Origin: Macrostomum lignano
Taxonomy: Eukaryota
NCBI GenBank assembly: GCA_002269645.1
Contig: NIVC01002702.1
Coordinates: forward strand, 84,779-148,778
Length of the DNA stretch: 64,000 bases
Direction of reading: 5' to 3'
Shown: positions 37,703 to 50,712 of the stretch, one piece after another
Position numbering within the stretch: position 1 is the stretch's first letter
Layout: every line of letters starts with the position of its first letter
Position numbers and translations under genes: made by a program
Notes under the pieces: generated by a model
What the model was told of the DNA's origin: nothing
Seen by the model: only the letters and a program-made list of their open reading frames with translations
Database searches by the model: none

Positions 37703-40660
37703 TTACACGAGGTGGCCCAACCGTGGTTTAACACAATTTTTTCGGCGCTGAACTGCGCTTCTAAACCCACTATTTAAATATCCGCGGATGGTACGGGGAT
37801 CGGATGCAAGTGGACATGCCGCAATCTTTAAATACTTAGACGCGATTTCGTTGACTGAACGTTCGATTAGAGAGCTGATGGGCGGGAGGCACCAATCGAT
37901 CTTCGTTCGCAACTGCAAGGCTTTATTTTTTTGCCTTCCCATAATGCGTTGGCTACGCATTACGCCGTAGAAACTTTCAGCAATTGCCTCCCCACCACCT
38001 GTGTTCAGTGCAACGTCAAGAAGAATGCACACAGCTCGACCAGCTTCTTCAAAGACTGGTTGAACTGTGTATAATTGTTTTATAAGTGCTGCCTCATCCA
38101 GAATACAGTTGTCATAACAGCGTACATCAGTTTCAACTTTAAAAACCTGCTGGAGGCGCGAATTCTCTTCAATTTTTATGGAATTAATGATTTGGCCCTT
38201 AATTGGCTTTTTTGACTTGGAACATACAAGGCACTGTATCCCATACGGAGCAAGGTGACCCCAAAAGAGGGATTCAATAACATTCTTGTACTTTACATGT
38301 ACGTAGCTATGGTTTCCAAGTATCAGTTCTGAAAATAATTCGTCTGATTCAGCCACCTCAGAAATATATGGGAGTGAAACCACATAATTAAAAAACGAAC
38401 AAAACTCTGGCTCACCAGCCTCCATGAAGCCAGAAAAGTTTATGCACTGCCGAATAGGCTTGGCTGTACCATTGGAAGCAGTTTCACGGGAACCACATAA
38501 AAGGTATAGTAGCTGCTCAAAGTCCATAAACTTGGCTAAGATATTTGAGCATGCTGAGGTTCCCTTATTTAATCGATTAGCCACACTTTGACGGAGAGAG
38601 CTGGAAACGACTTCGACCTCTCTGACTGCATCATTAGTTGTTCTCTCCTCCCAAAGGTATACTTTCTTCTTATTACACCTCCGACGTCTTCCTCGACTAC
38701 TTTCTGCTTCTTGCCCGACATATTCTTCGCCAATTACATGCCAGCCCTCTAGAAGCCGCACCTTCTTAAAGCTCATACCTTCAATGTCAGCTCGGTGCTT
38801 GTCATATAATGGACGACACTTTCTATCCATCATTTGTAGAAGGCGATTCCCCCATGAAACAATTTTCCAGTGATTGAATTGCAATCCCTGGGCCAGCTCC
38901 ATCATTTCAACTAGTGGTTGAAACACATCTAGTAGCAGACACAGATCGGTAGCAAAGTCTGCTCCCAAAACCCTATATTGGAGGGGAAAGTCTTCATCTT
39001 CATCGTGAATGCGACGAAAAGTTGTTGCATACAGACTGTAAGCTCTTTCAATTTTGACCCACTGCTTAACAGATGAGCTTGTAAATCGCTGTGTTGCATA
39101 TGGTATTGGTACAGACACTTTTTCCTTCATTTTGGACGCCACTTTTGACATTAAAGTATGGTTTTTGCCCCTTCCCATTAAATGGTTAAACTCGTTGGCC
39201 CTTTCAATAAACAATGTTAAGCAATCTGCCGCAGGTTTACCGTACTTTGACTCGCGAACATCTAACACCGCTAAATTAAGTAAGTGCGATACATCCCATA
39301 TTACAGGTTGAAATGTAGAACTGTCCGCGATATTGCTACGCCCTGACAAGCGGGTTATTTCATTTGCAAACATTGCCGGTTGATACTGGCCATCAGCTGC
39401 TGTACCACAATACCGCAAGAGGTCCTTTTCCCCCAGTTTTAATTCATCTTGAATCGTGCGAAAGATAAGCTGCGCTAGCTCAGCCAGACTCCCCCAGTAA
39501 CTACTACGCGATCTAAGTCCTGACTCGTGCTTGTGTCAGAATCTGATTCATTCGATTCACCAGAATCAGAAACATCACTATTTACTGAAGCACTGGAGTT
39601 CTCCTCGCAGACGTCTTCATTTTGTACAAAATAAACACATGGGGCACCAACTGGGAATGCGACTCTTTCCCCTCGGCTTATAGTTGCAAGCAAGATAGCC
39701 TGGTTTGTCTCGCGGGTCTGTGTCGCTTTATCAACAATTCCCATGAAATGTGGAGGGAGACCTGTAGACTCCAATGGCGTCAAAAGAAGCTTCCGGTTTT
39801 CATCATTGATCCATTCGTTAGCTGCATTAATAATAATTGAAAGCTGTTTTCTTCCGTGCCCCCGATTTCCAATTTGACAGCCATTGAGTTCTAGAAAAGT
39901 TACTTGATTTTCATAGTGTACAGCACCAGCCTTGGATCTAATAGTTTGGATTGCTGAGCGGACTAAGCGTTTAGCAATTTCGTGAGATAGTTTGTCTTCT
40001 TCTGCTTGATCCTTTTGTTTTTTTACAGAGAGCGCATGCTGCCGTCCCTGTGAATTATTTGATGACCCTAAAAGATGCCCTCGCAGTTTGCTCTTGAAAT
40101 TTCGCCAAAACTGTGTATCTTTCTTATTAGAAGTCCCTTTTATAATCAACTCAGTTTCGCTGGGATTCATGTAAACACCTGTGCCCAATGTGCAATTATC
40201 ACTATAGTGACGAGACACTTGAAAAACAGACATTTTACTCAGCTTTCGAGTATCTAAAGCTTCCCAGCATGTTTTACACCTTACTACAGAGTGTCCATCT
40301 TCTTCATTCAAAAATAATTCTATGTCTGGGACTTCCCGCGCTACGTCTACAATAGAGTTTAGCGTCATCCACTTCTCCAAGTCCAATACAAACTCGCTGT
40401 TAGTTACACTTGCGCTGTGACTTCGATTGGAATTCTCAGATGGCTTACCTAATGTCTCAAAGGCAAAGGCGAGTTTTCTTTCAACTATATCTCCTATCAT
40501 ACTAGGCAGTTTTTTAACAAGATCGGAAAATGCATTGGCACAGTCACCAGCACAGGATGGGTTTATTACACCAGAGTTTGTTGGTGGTAGAGTAGTACTT
40601 TTTCGCGATCAGCCTCAGAACGAGTCTTCTTTGCCTGAGGTGCCTCAGTATCGCTAGAAG
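37703..40660 (-). CDS. hAT-family (ZNF862-like) transposase, main exon with two apparent -1 homopolymer frameshifts
   Basis: Motifs GIVDKAT, GTAADG, WDVSHLLNL, RF, AIAESFYGVM. The 39475..40500 and 37703..39418 ORFs join by restoring one base in the C5 run at 39491-39495. A second slip is in the T5 run at 40599-40603. Acceptor at 40661-40662; possible further 5' exons at about 40760-41680. Confidence 0.75.
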
Positions 40661-43600
40661 CTAAAAATTCATTTTTTCTTTTATATTAATGTGTTGCTCA
40701 TTCTAAAAGCATATTGTAAAATGTGTAAAAAGCCATAAGAAACACTTTAAATTACATGAAATGGTCTCTCTTTCATCTGGTGCAGCAACAGGGTGAGATC
40801 TCTTTGAAGTCCTATGTGTTTTAGCAGCTTCATGTTCTGAAAGTGAAATAGTTATGAAGTAGTAAATAGAAATGATCAAAAAACAGATGAAGTTATACTT
40901 CTAAAAAAACTTAAGCCATACCTCTAACAAGCAAGATGGCCTCCTGGGAAGAATTCCTAACCAAATTGCAAGTTTTGGCAGTGTGGAATTTACTCGCAGT
41001 GTGCCGATCCTTGTCTCTCTTTTGAGAGACAGTGTACTTCAACTAAAATATTTCAACTATAATAATCAAACTATTGAAAACAATATATATAAATAATATT
41101 TAGAAATAGTGAACCAAATTTACCTTTCCTTGTAGATAACATTCCTTACATATAAAAATGTTAGGACCTCTATCCTGAAAGGCAAGGCCTAGTGGCTGTG
41201 ACTGGCCTGAAGACATACTAGAACCAGCACCTTTATCTTGGCGCCATAAGTCTAAAAAAAGAAATTTGAATAGCAGTTACTTTAATTGAAAAGTTTGAAA
41301 TATACCATCCTATTTAAACTATATATTCAATGTTAAATAATCTTAACTAACCAAAGGAAAAAGCTTGTCCATCCTCTCGATTTACAGAAGGGGTAGTAGT
41401 AATAGTGATAGGTGAATCTGGCCTAGGAATGGATCCAGCACCACTGCTATTGTCAATTGGACTAGCAGTAAAAACAGAAACAGTTGCTCTTTGCAAAAGC
41501 AAAGGAGTGCCAGTAGGACTAGGTTCTGGTGGGGCCTGGATTTCATTTTCAATATCAATTGTGTCTTTGGCAGTTATCATAAGATATGAAATAATGGCAA
41601 TTGTCCAAATCCCTGGCACAACAGCAAGGAAAGCCATTATGATATGATGTTGTCTTATTGAATGTTGCAGATGCTAAGATGCAGATCAGTTAAAAAATAA
41701 TCATGAAATAAAAGATTTTATTTCTTATTATTAGTATTAATAAATATTACTATTTTAGTATTATTGAAACAAACAGTGGAACTATATATAAGTTATTTAT
41801 AAACACTATAGCTTTTAGTTTTAAAATAGTATTGCAGACTTGCAGTGTAGTATTGAAAAAAATTACAAAAATAAAAAGTATAAATCAAATGATAAATTCC
41901 AAATCATAATGTATAAACCTTTGACCTGCCTCATGGCTTATGCTTGACACTGAAAGCTTTTTAATAGCCAATATCTTAATCTTAATTCTTAATGGCCCTA
42001 TGTGTAGTAGGGCTGTAGGCTAGTTTAGTTATGAAATCCTATACAAAAACAAAATGTCTAAGTCCAATTAGTCCAAATTATAAGTGTAAATTGTTCGATT
42101 CTTTTTATTTTAGGCACTGCAGTTGCCCTTCAATAAAACTCGAAAACTAAACTCGCTATATTGATTGTTTGCCAATTGCCATCACCGATGGCTGGCAATG
42201 CCATTCGCATAGTCACTTCAAATCTAAAGAAATTGTACGCGTAAAATATTAGTATTTCTTAGAAAAAAAGTTAAGCAAATGGTTTAACGTGAAATTTCAA
42301 AACAGTTAATTGTGCAAAGATTAAAAAAATGAGAAAGTAAATTCATCTTTTCACATTTGTTAAAGACTGTAGTGACTTTTTCTTAAAATCTCTGAGAAAA
42401 TGTAGGAAAGAGTTCAGACAACACGGCCAATTAATAAAGCTGGGAATTTACGGTATATTGAACGAACATAGAATCAAATCCGTATTTAAAATATTAAAAA
42501 CTTGTTCTTACGAATGGTGCATCAAACGTTTCAATTTCCTCAAAAGCAAAAACATAACATTGGGGCAAAAATGGGTCGGATTTTGACGGATCATATACGT
42601 ACAATTATAAATTAATATGCATTACATGTATATTTGTATGTGGTATTACATGTACTGTACTTACATGAATGATGTTTTTTCTCACTCGTCGAAGGGACAT
42701 CTCTGCAATTTTTTTTAAAAATGTGCGCACTTATGCACGCAAGGGGTCACAAGCGCGCACGCGCGCGCAAGCGCGCACGCGCGCACAAGTGCGCACATAC
42801 CTTTCATGAGAGCGCGCACGTAGGCCCCTTTCAAGCGCGCAAGCGCGCACGAATTTGACAAGCGCGCACAAACGCGTAACGACTTTCGTGCAAGAATTCC
42901 ATCCTGGCTGAGCAGGCACACAAGCGTGTGGATATGTATGCAGGCACACTTACACAGGAGTATACAATGGCCCTAACTTTATTTATTGTTAGGCATGTAT
43001 ACTTCACTGTGCCTTGGGGGTTGGCTCTCAAGGCTGTTAATTGCACAAGCAGAGAGCCAAGCCAAGATTCCAATTCAGCCCCAAATTAATGTGACTACTC
43101 TTAGAATCGAGCCTAGGTCGCTAGCACACTAGAGCAGCTGTGCTACCGCTTGGCTACAACCCCCCTTTTAATTATAATAGGCCAGCAAATATAAAAAAAA
43201 CATGCATTGCTTTGCCTAAATACTTTATAGTCTAAAATCAGTTTTATAATAAAAAATTAAATTTATAGAAACATATATTAATTTTTTGTACTTATTATTT
43301 TAATTTTATTAATTTAATTTTATTGATTGACTTAGGTAGGGTTTTCTTTTTTGCTAGAGACAAGGTGCAAAATCATACCCTATGCTCACTTTTAGGGTTT
43401 TATGATTTTAAGGCTTAGAATGTAGTTTCTCTTTTTTCTTATATAAAGGCAGTGCAAAAAAGGCTTCAACAGAAAAATAGGTAATGAGATCACACCTAAA
43501 CTGTATCATCAACTTTTTAATTTCAATTTTCAAGGTGCAATTTTAAAATTTAGGGTGCATATACACACTTTGCGCTTAAAAAATAAACCTAGGACTTAGG

Positions 43601-45499
43601 CCTAGTTAATTTTAAAATAAACTTTATTTTATTTTATAAGTATTCATCATTAAATTAGTTTTATGAATTATATCAATATTATTTATCAATCTTAATTGGC
43701 AACAATTATTTTTCTATTTCATTTCAGCCTAACATTACATGGCCCATCCTCAAACTTGGATGTCACCTTGGTCTTGCATTTGAAGAAGCTTGCAAAGCTA
43801 CTTGGAATTTGAATTTAATATCTCGAATGCTACCTTTTGTGAAGCAATGGTAAGTTTTAGTTATAAACTGATTTTTTTCTGTCATCAAAATCTATCAAAA
43901 TCTATTACAAAATCTGTCAATCTGTTATAAAATTCTGTAATTTAACCCCTTTCTTTTCTAAGGTTGCTCACCTGACCTGAAGAAGCAGCATTCTGGCAAT
44001 TGGCAGCAGCATGTTTCTGACTGTTCTAATTCTGATGCATTATATTATTGTTAATTAATTAATGCTATTGACAATGTCAATTTCAAATTATATATTATAT
44101 CATATGCGCAGTGCAACTCTAAAGATATCAATATTTACATCAGTGTGTTTATTCTTTGTGTGCCAGTGACTCACTACTGTACATAAATACACCTTACATC
44201 GTTTTTGAATATTGAATATTGAATTTTGAATTTTTGTGCAGAAATATTTTTTGCTATAGCTAGTGTTTCATCTGTGTTTCAGTTTCTTTTATATGGTATT
44301 GAGATCTGGGGTTCGTATGAAATTTTGAGATCTGGTATTATTTTGAGATTGAGGATGCAACAATTTATTATGGCAACCAGTATAATGGCTGCTTACTCAA
44401 TGACAATGTGGATTCTATGTGAAATACATAATTACTTCCATATGGATCTTCCATGTGGAATCCATATCTTGATTCCACATGGATGGACGGAGACAAATGC
44501 ACATATGGATTGCATATGAAAAATCCACATGGAATCCATATCATTTTTTTCACTGGGTGGCCGGTGACTGACCTGGCGTCGAGGTACACCATGAACTTTT
44601 TTAGCATTGAAGGCGAAACTGGGGGCAGTAATTGCAGGCGATTCTTCATCAATATGAACTACCAAGGCTGCCCAGCTGACAATGGATTTATGGCCGTGTT
44701 GGACTCAAAGAACGATGTCTGTCCAATGTATCGATATACTGCGCCTGTGCCGAGAATTGCGTACAGTTCTGACCCTAGTCAGGTCATGTCTGCTAGCATC
44801 CGGGATGCTGATTACTTTGCTATTCTGGTGCGCTAAGAAGAACTAAGAAGAAATGAGAGCTGAAGCTCACTTGAATTCAAGACGAAGGAACTATGTACGC
44901 TTTTTTATTCTTTTGTCTTAAATCAAGTTCTACTCCATTATTCTCTACGACTAGTTTGCCCCATTCTACTCTACTCTCGTCTCTGAATCTCTGCTCTACT
45001 ATGCTCTACTTTACTCTCTCGTCTCTACTCTTCTCTAATCTACTCACAACTCTACTCTAATCTAAACTCTCCAAATAAAACAGATTTTTATTTAAAAGAC
45101 CCGCATATTCAATTATTGGCATTAAAAATTTGATTGCTTTTAGGCAACTCCTTCTGTCTGAATTGAATTTTAAACAGTCAAACGCTTAAGAGTTGCCACA
45201 AATTTGACTTTTGTCTATGGTACAATCCTATCAAACCACTCTATGAACCAAGTGGCAAGTCAACATGGTGTTAAACATCAATCAGAAGCCTTTCTGGCTG
45301 CCGAGACGATCCACGGAGTCTCGCACCACGGAGTGCGAAGCGCGTCGACTTACAAATGTTGATTGTTGGTTTTTTATTCTATTATTTGCGAAGCGAGCAA
45401 CTCTACCTGATTTCAAATTTTATCACCTCTGGGACGTGACATCATCCACCGGCCTAAGAGTCAAGGGTAGGCCGGCACCCACTAAGAGATGGGGCCACT

Positions 45500-46215
45500 A
45501 AGAGACAGGGGCGCCCACCAAGAGACAGAAGGAACCCATCAAAGGACAGAGGGGGCAACCAAGGGACAGAGGGGGCCACCAAGGGACAGAGGTGCCCACC
45601 AAGGGACAGAGGGAGCCACGAAGTGACAGAGGGAGCCAGCAAGGGACAGAGGGGGCCAGCAAGGGACAGAGGGGCCCACAAAGGGACAGAGGGGCCCACC
45701 AAGGAACAGAGGGAGCCACCAAGGGACAGAGGGGGCCCACCAAGGGACAGAGGGGCCCACCAAGGGACAGAGGGGCCCACCAAGGGACAGAGGGGCCCAC
45801 CAAGGGACAGAGGGGCCCACCAAGGGACAGAGGGGCCCACTAAGGGACAGAGGGGCCCACCAAGGGACAGAGGGGCCCACCAAGGGACAGAGGTGCCCAC
45901 TAAGGGACAGAGGGGCCCACCAAGGGACAGAGGGGGCAACCAAGGGACAGAGGGAGCCACCAAGGGACAGAGGGGGCCCACCAAGGGACAGAGGGAGCCA
46001 GCAAGGGACAGAGGGGGCCAGCAAAGGACAGAGGGAGTCAGCAAGGGACAGAGGGGGCCCACCAAGGGATAGAGGGGCCCACCAAGGAACAGAGGGAGCC
46101 ACCAAGGGACAGAGGGGGCCCACCAAGGGACAGAGGGGCCCACCAAGGGACAGAGGGGGCCCACCAAGGTACAGAGGGGGCCAGCAAAGGACAGAGGGGG
46201 CCCACCAAGGGACAG
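45500..46215. repeat. 21-22-bp minisatellite (CACCAAGGGACAGAGGGGCC-like)
   Basis: Tandem units; source of the PLCPLV and TKGQRG pseudo-ORFs. Confidence 0.95.
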
Positions 46216-46994
46216 GATCTACGCTGCACAGGATCTAAGTTGCAACAGCTGAATACCAAAAAATCGTCATTTTATTGACGTATTCCAGGAATCGCTCCTA
46301 AAATGATTGTGCGACCATAGAATCAATGTGCAAATTACTCGTACAAAAGTCGGCTGAGCTACTGAAGTCAGTTTGTTAGTAGTGCTGCAGCATATTATCT
46401 TCGTCTGGTGCATTTTCGATAGAGAAGCCCTCGTTTCTGTTAAATAATATCACGTTTTGATAGAAGAAACAAAGCGTTACACCTTGTCTAGCATGAATAT
46501 TAAAAACATTTGTCAGTAAGCGAAACTCCCCAGTCTAGAACTCGATGAGAAAAGAATTTATTGAAATAAAAAAATAAATAAGACGCATCGTATTTAAGTA
46601 AGTTTTGACCTTAGACAGAATTTTCTTGAGAGAAAAGGGAAGACCCAACCTTGTTCATATTTATTTATCTATTGATGTCATAGCCGATCAAACAAATATT
46701 TTTCTTGCTGGATAATACAGGTAACTGGCAGGCAGGTAGTTAAAAAGGCAGAAAGACGGACAATCTGACAGGTGGAACCATTAAAAATCCTCTGACCATA
46801 AATCATATTAAAGAAAATCTTAAGAGAAAATTTCTAGATAAATTTACCGAACCAAAAATCTAGTTATAGAAAAATGAAAAAATAACTAACACAAAATTTT
46901 GGATTTTAAAACAGCGAATTAAATAATGAAGCTTTTATTACTAGTACTTGACTCAAAATAATAGACATTTTAGACTAGATACAGACTTGACTAT

Positions 46995-47690
46995 TCTAAT
47001 AGACTCAGCTACGAATTCTAATAGAATCAGCTAGGAATTCTAATAGACTCAGCTAGGAATTCTAATAGACTCAGCTAGAAATTATAATAGACTCAGCTAG
47101 GAATTCTAATAGACTCAGCTAGGAATTCTAATAGACTCAGCTAGGAATTCTAATACACTCAGTTAGTAATTATAAAAGACTCAGCTAGGAATTCTAATAG
47201 TCTAAGCTTGGAATTCTAATAGTCTAAGCTTGGAATTTTATTAGTCTAAGCTTGGAATTATAATAGTCTAAGCTTGGAATTATTAATAGTCTAAGCTTGG
47301 AATCATAATAGTCTAAGCTTGGAATCATAATAGTCTAAGCTTGGAATCATAATAGTCTAAGCTTGGAATTATAATAGTCTAAGCTTGGAATTATAATAGT
47401 CTAAGCTTGGAATTATAATAGTCTAAGCTTGGAATTATAATAGTCTAAGCTTGGAATTATAATAGTCTAAGCTTGGAATTATAATAGTCTAAGCTTGGAA
47501 TTATAATAGTCTAAGCTTGGAATTATAATAGTCTAAGCTTGGAATTATAATAGTCTAAGCTTGGAATTATAATAGTCTAAGCTTGGAATTATAATAGTCT
47601 AAGCTTGGAATTATAATAGTCTAAGCTTGGAATTCTAATAGTCTAAGCTTGGAATTCTAATAGTCTAAGCTTGGAATTCTAACAGACTTA
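46995..47690. repeat. 22-bp minisatellite in two variant blocks
   Basis: GACTCAGCTAGGAATTCTAATA followed by GTCTAAGCTTGGAATTATAATA from about 47195. Confidence 0.95.
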
Positions 47691-48486
47691 GCTGGGAAAT
47701 TTAACAGACCGCTATAATAAAAACTGGGTAATTAAAAACAGATCCTAAAGTTATAAATTAAGTACCCGAACAATAACAAATATAGAAATTTACGTTAGCA
47801 TTGACAATATATTGCAATATAGAGACATAAAGGATAAATTATCTAGTAAATAATTGAAACTCAGGAAAAAATATGGCACTCTAAAAATTCAAATAAAATA
47901 CATAACACATTTGCAGAATAACATGTAAAGTAGTAATATTGGCACATACTATTAATAGTTAATGTGTGAAAATAAAAACAAGAGAAAAGTTGCATTTATT
48001 AAAATAAAAGAAATAAAATACAACTAGCAAATAAACCTCTAGACAGACAAATAAAGTTTATAAATCTTAATAAATCATACGTTACTGATAGTAATATAAA
48101 GCAATATAGTCTATGGTCAAAGTTAAAAGAACATAGCTTTTGTCATGCTTGAAAGCCTACAGAACAGAGATAGGTTGGGCCATAGACGACACGAAAGTTT
48201 CTGACTGAGAGATCTGAGATACAATGGTATAATGCATTTTAAACGAGTTGATGTCCAACTCTGGGCATTGTCTATGGCCCAAACTGTTTTTATTCTGCAA
48301 GCGTACAACTTTGAATATCCGTTTTCTAACTCAGCAGATCCATGAAGTGTCCTATGGCAAAACAATTTGGTGCACCTAGTTATAGTTAGTATAATAATTG
48401 CCTTAATCGGACTTTTGTATAACGCACACCTACTCTTAGTAGTTAAAGTGTATTTGTCTATTATAATTTATAAAGAAAAACAGCCC

Positions 48487-50082
48487 CTATTGCTCAACAG
48501 CTCCAGCAGGCGACTCCGTACCCGCTGGCGATAGAGCCGCCAAATCTGGCACAGGTGGAGACTCTACGTTGTAACGGCACAACGCCGCGTTCAAGCACTC
48601 CAATAGGCGACGCATAGCAACCAGACTAGCGGCCATAGACTCGTAGAGCTCGTCCTCGTTAACGCTATCGTCTCCGTATGTCACTCTGGCTAGAAACTGG
48701 CTACGCTTTGGTGAAGTAGAAATCACCAAGCCAAAGGTTTTCTGCACCAGCCAGGAGTGCCGCGGCTTCAGAGTGGCCTCGTAGGCTCGCCTGCACAGCT
48801 CAGCCATGCCAAAGTCGCCGGTTCGAGCCCGGCTAGAGTGAACTAGGCACAGCATAGCGTACAGGTATTCCAGAGCCCGTTTGAACCATAACAGTCCAAT
48901 TGTACCGCTGGGGTCCTTGGCCCCTAAGCCGCTGGCTTGCTCAGACTGGAGCAGGTGGCCAACTGTGGGAATATTGGCATAATGCTTTAATACGATAAGA
49001 AATATTAGTAAAATGTACTTTGTATATTTTTATATAGATAGTACATATCTACATATTTTTGTATACATGGTTATAACGAGTACGCCAATACTATTTACCG
49101 TCTAAACAACTACTTATCTACCCTAAACTACGAGCTACTAACACATCTTTCCTAAATTGCTAACACATCTACCCTAAACTACCTTATCTCATCTACCATA
49201 AACTACTTACCCTATCTACCCTAAACTACTTACCCTATCTACCCTAAACTACTTACCCCATCTACCCTAAACTACTTACTCCATCTACCATAAACTACCT
49301 ATCCCATCTACCCTAAACTACTTACCCCATCTACCCTAAACTACTTACCCCATCTACCCTAAACTACCTACCCCATCTACCCTAAACTACTTACCCCATC
49401 TACCCTAAACTACTTACTCCATCTACCATAAACTACCTATCCCATCTACCCTAAACTACCTACCCCATCTACCCTAAACTACCTACCCCATCTACCCTAA
49501 ACTACCTACCCCATCTACCCTAAACTACTTACCCTATCTACCCTAAACTACCTTATCTCATCTACCGTAAACTACTTACTCCATCTACCATAAACTACCT
49601 ATCCCATCTACCCTAAACTACTTACCCTATCTACCCTAAACTACCTATCCCATCTACCCTAAACTACAACGCCATCTACTACAAACAACTATCTACGCTA
49701 TTATCTACCCCTAAATCCCTAAAAATCTATCGAAATGTCCCATCTACCCCGTCACTCTACTTAATCCACCCTGGCACCATCAGGACCAAAGCATCAGCCT
49801 CAGAATCTCACCGCTGCCCGTCTGAAACTCCTCAGCCCCGGCAGCGGGCGCCGAGTCCAGCTGCTTGGCCGCGTCCGTCATTTTTCTCACATTGCCGGCC
49901 ACATCGTTTCTGGCCGGCTTGAACGACACGCCGAGCTGGTCGAAAAACTCGGACACGGCTTCGCCAAGCGCGCACAGCCCGGCCACCCGAATGTCGCAGC
50001 CGTCGCTGCCGGCGCTGCTCAGAGCCGCCCAGTCGATTGACGTGAAAAATGTTCGCTTTGTAGCCTGCGGTGCCGACGTCAT
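48487..50082 (-). CDS. GLTP: Glycolipid transfer protein family member (248 aa)
   Basis: Exons 50082-49812 and 48962-48487 (phase 1, GT-AG). Motifs F..LG..F..A..DV..N..K, GLLWFKRALEY, AYEATLKPRHSWLVQKTF, PKRSQFL. Confidence 0.85.
49125..49680. repeat. 23-bp minisatellite (CTACCCTAAACTACTTACCCCAT) in the GLTP intron
   Basis: Tandem units. Confidence 0.93.
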
Positions 50083-50140
50083 TGCTTGGCTTGCTTCAGG
50101 TGTTCTGGCTGCTGCTGCTGGCGCTGGAGTATTGAGGGCG

Positions 50141-50397
50141 GCTGTCTGTCTGAATGTCTGTCTGCCTGTCTGTGTGTCTGTCTGTCTGTCTGTCCGTCTG
50201 TGTGTCTGCCTGTTTGCCTGTGTGTTTGCCAGTTTGTGTGTCTGTCTGTCTGTCTATTTACCTATCTATATTTCTATTTGTCTGTCTGTCCATCTATCTA
50301 CCTATCTATCTACCTATCTACCTACCTATCTACCTATCTACCTACCTATCTACCTATCTATTTATCTACCTATCTATCTATCTATCTACCTACCTAT

Positions 50398-50452
<55 letters not shown>

Positions 50453-50537
50453 CCTATCTATCTATCTATCTATCTACATACCTATCTACCTATCTATCTA
50501 TCTATCTATCTATCTACCTATCTATCTATCTATCTAC

Positions 50538-50596
<59 letters not shown>

Positions 50597-50597
50597 C

Positions 50598-50636
<39 letters not shown>

Positions 50637-50712
50637 CCTATCTATTTATCTATCTATCTACCTATCTACCTATCTATCTATCCAACTATCTATCTATCTA
50701 TCTGTCTATCTG
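50141..50712. repeat. (TCTG)n grading into (TCTA)n microsatellite
   Basis: Direct reading; source of the YLSI pseudo-ORFs. Confidence 0.97.

Larger units (their letters stand above)
36548..42907 (-). mobile_element. Full-length hAT transposon (6360 bp)
   Basis: Perfect 18-bp TIRs CCAGGATGGAATTCTTGC; perfect 8-bp TSD CTGAGCAG (36540-36547 and 42908-42915); GCGCGCAC subterminal repeats at both ends; internal transposase. Confidence 0.93.
36439..43110 (-). mobile_element. SINE-like repeat copy B, split by the hAT element
   Basis: 36439-36547 and 42908-43110 rejoin at CTGAGCAG to match copy A (33248-33560). Confidence 0.75.
34821..44557. mobile_element. CACTA/EnSpm (CMC)-like DNA transposon, apparently non-autonomous, with nested insertions
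   Basis: Termini CCCAGTGAAAAATGAT..TGGATTCCAC / GTGGAATCCATATCATTTTTTTCACTGGG; subterminal CCAC(G/A)TGG repeats; 2-bp TSD TG (34819-34820 and 44558-44559). Superfamily inferred from the CCC termini and 2-bp TSD. Confidence 0.78.
34177..44836 (+). pseudogene. Secreted Cys-rich protein gene (306 aa when restored), split by a 9.7-kb transposon
   Basis: Signal peptide MSKELISVCILLLAATQA. Removing 34821-44559 fuses 34177-34820 to 44560-44836 in frame: ..NWFRKQRLVRSWPVTDLASRYTMNFFSIEG..RRFFINMNYQGCPADNGF..ADYFAILVR*. Confidence 0.85.

Noticed and set aside
34821-44557. Interpreting the 9.7-kb insert as an ordinary intron
   Set aside because: It starts CCC and ends GGG rather than GT-AG, and it has TIRs and a TSD.
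45454-46259. Pro/Trp/Gly-rich ORFs
   Set aside because: Minisatellite translations.
49125-49680. Interstitial telomeric repeat (CCCTAAA)
   Set aside because: The motif is only part of a 23-bp unit and is not itself tandem.
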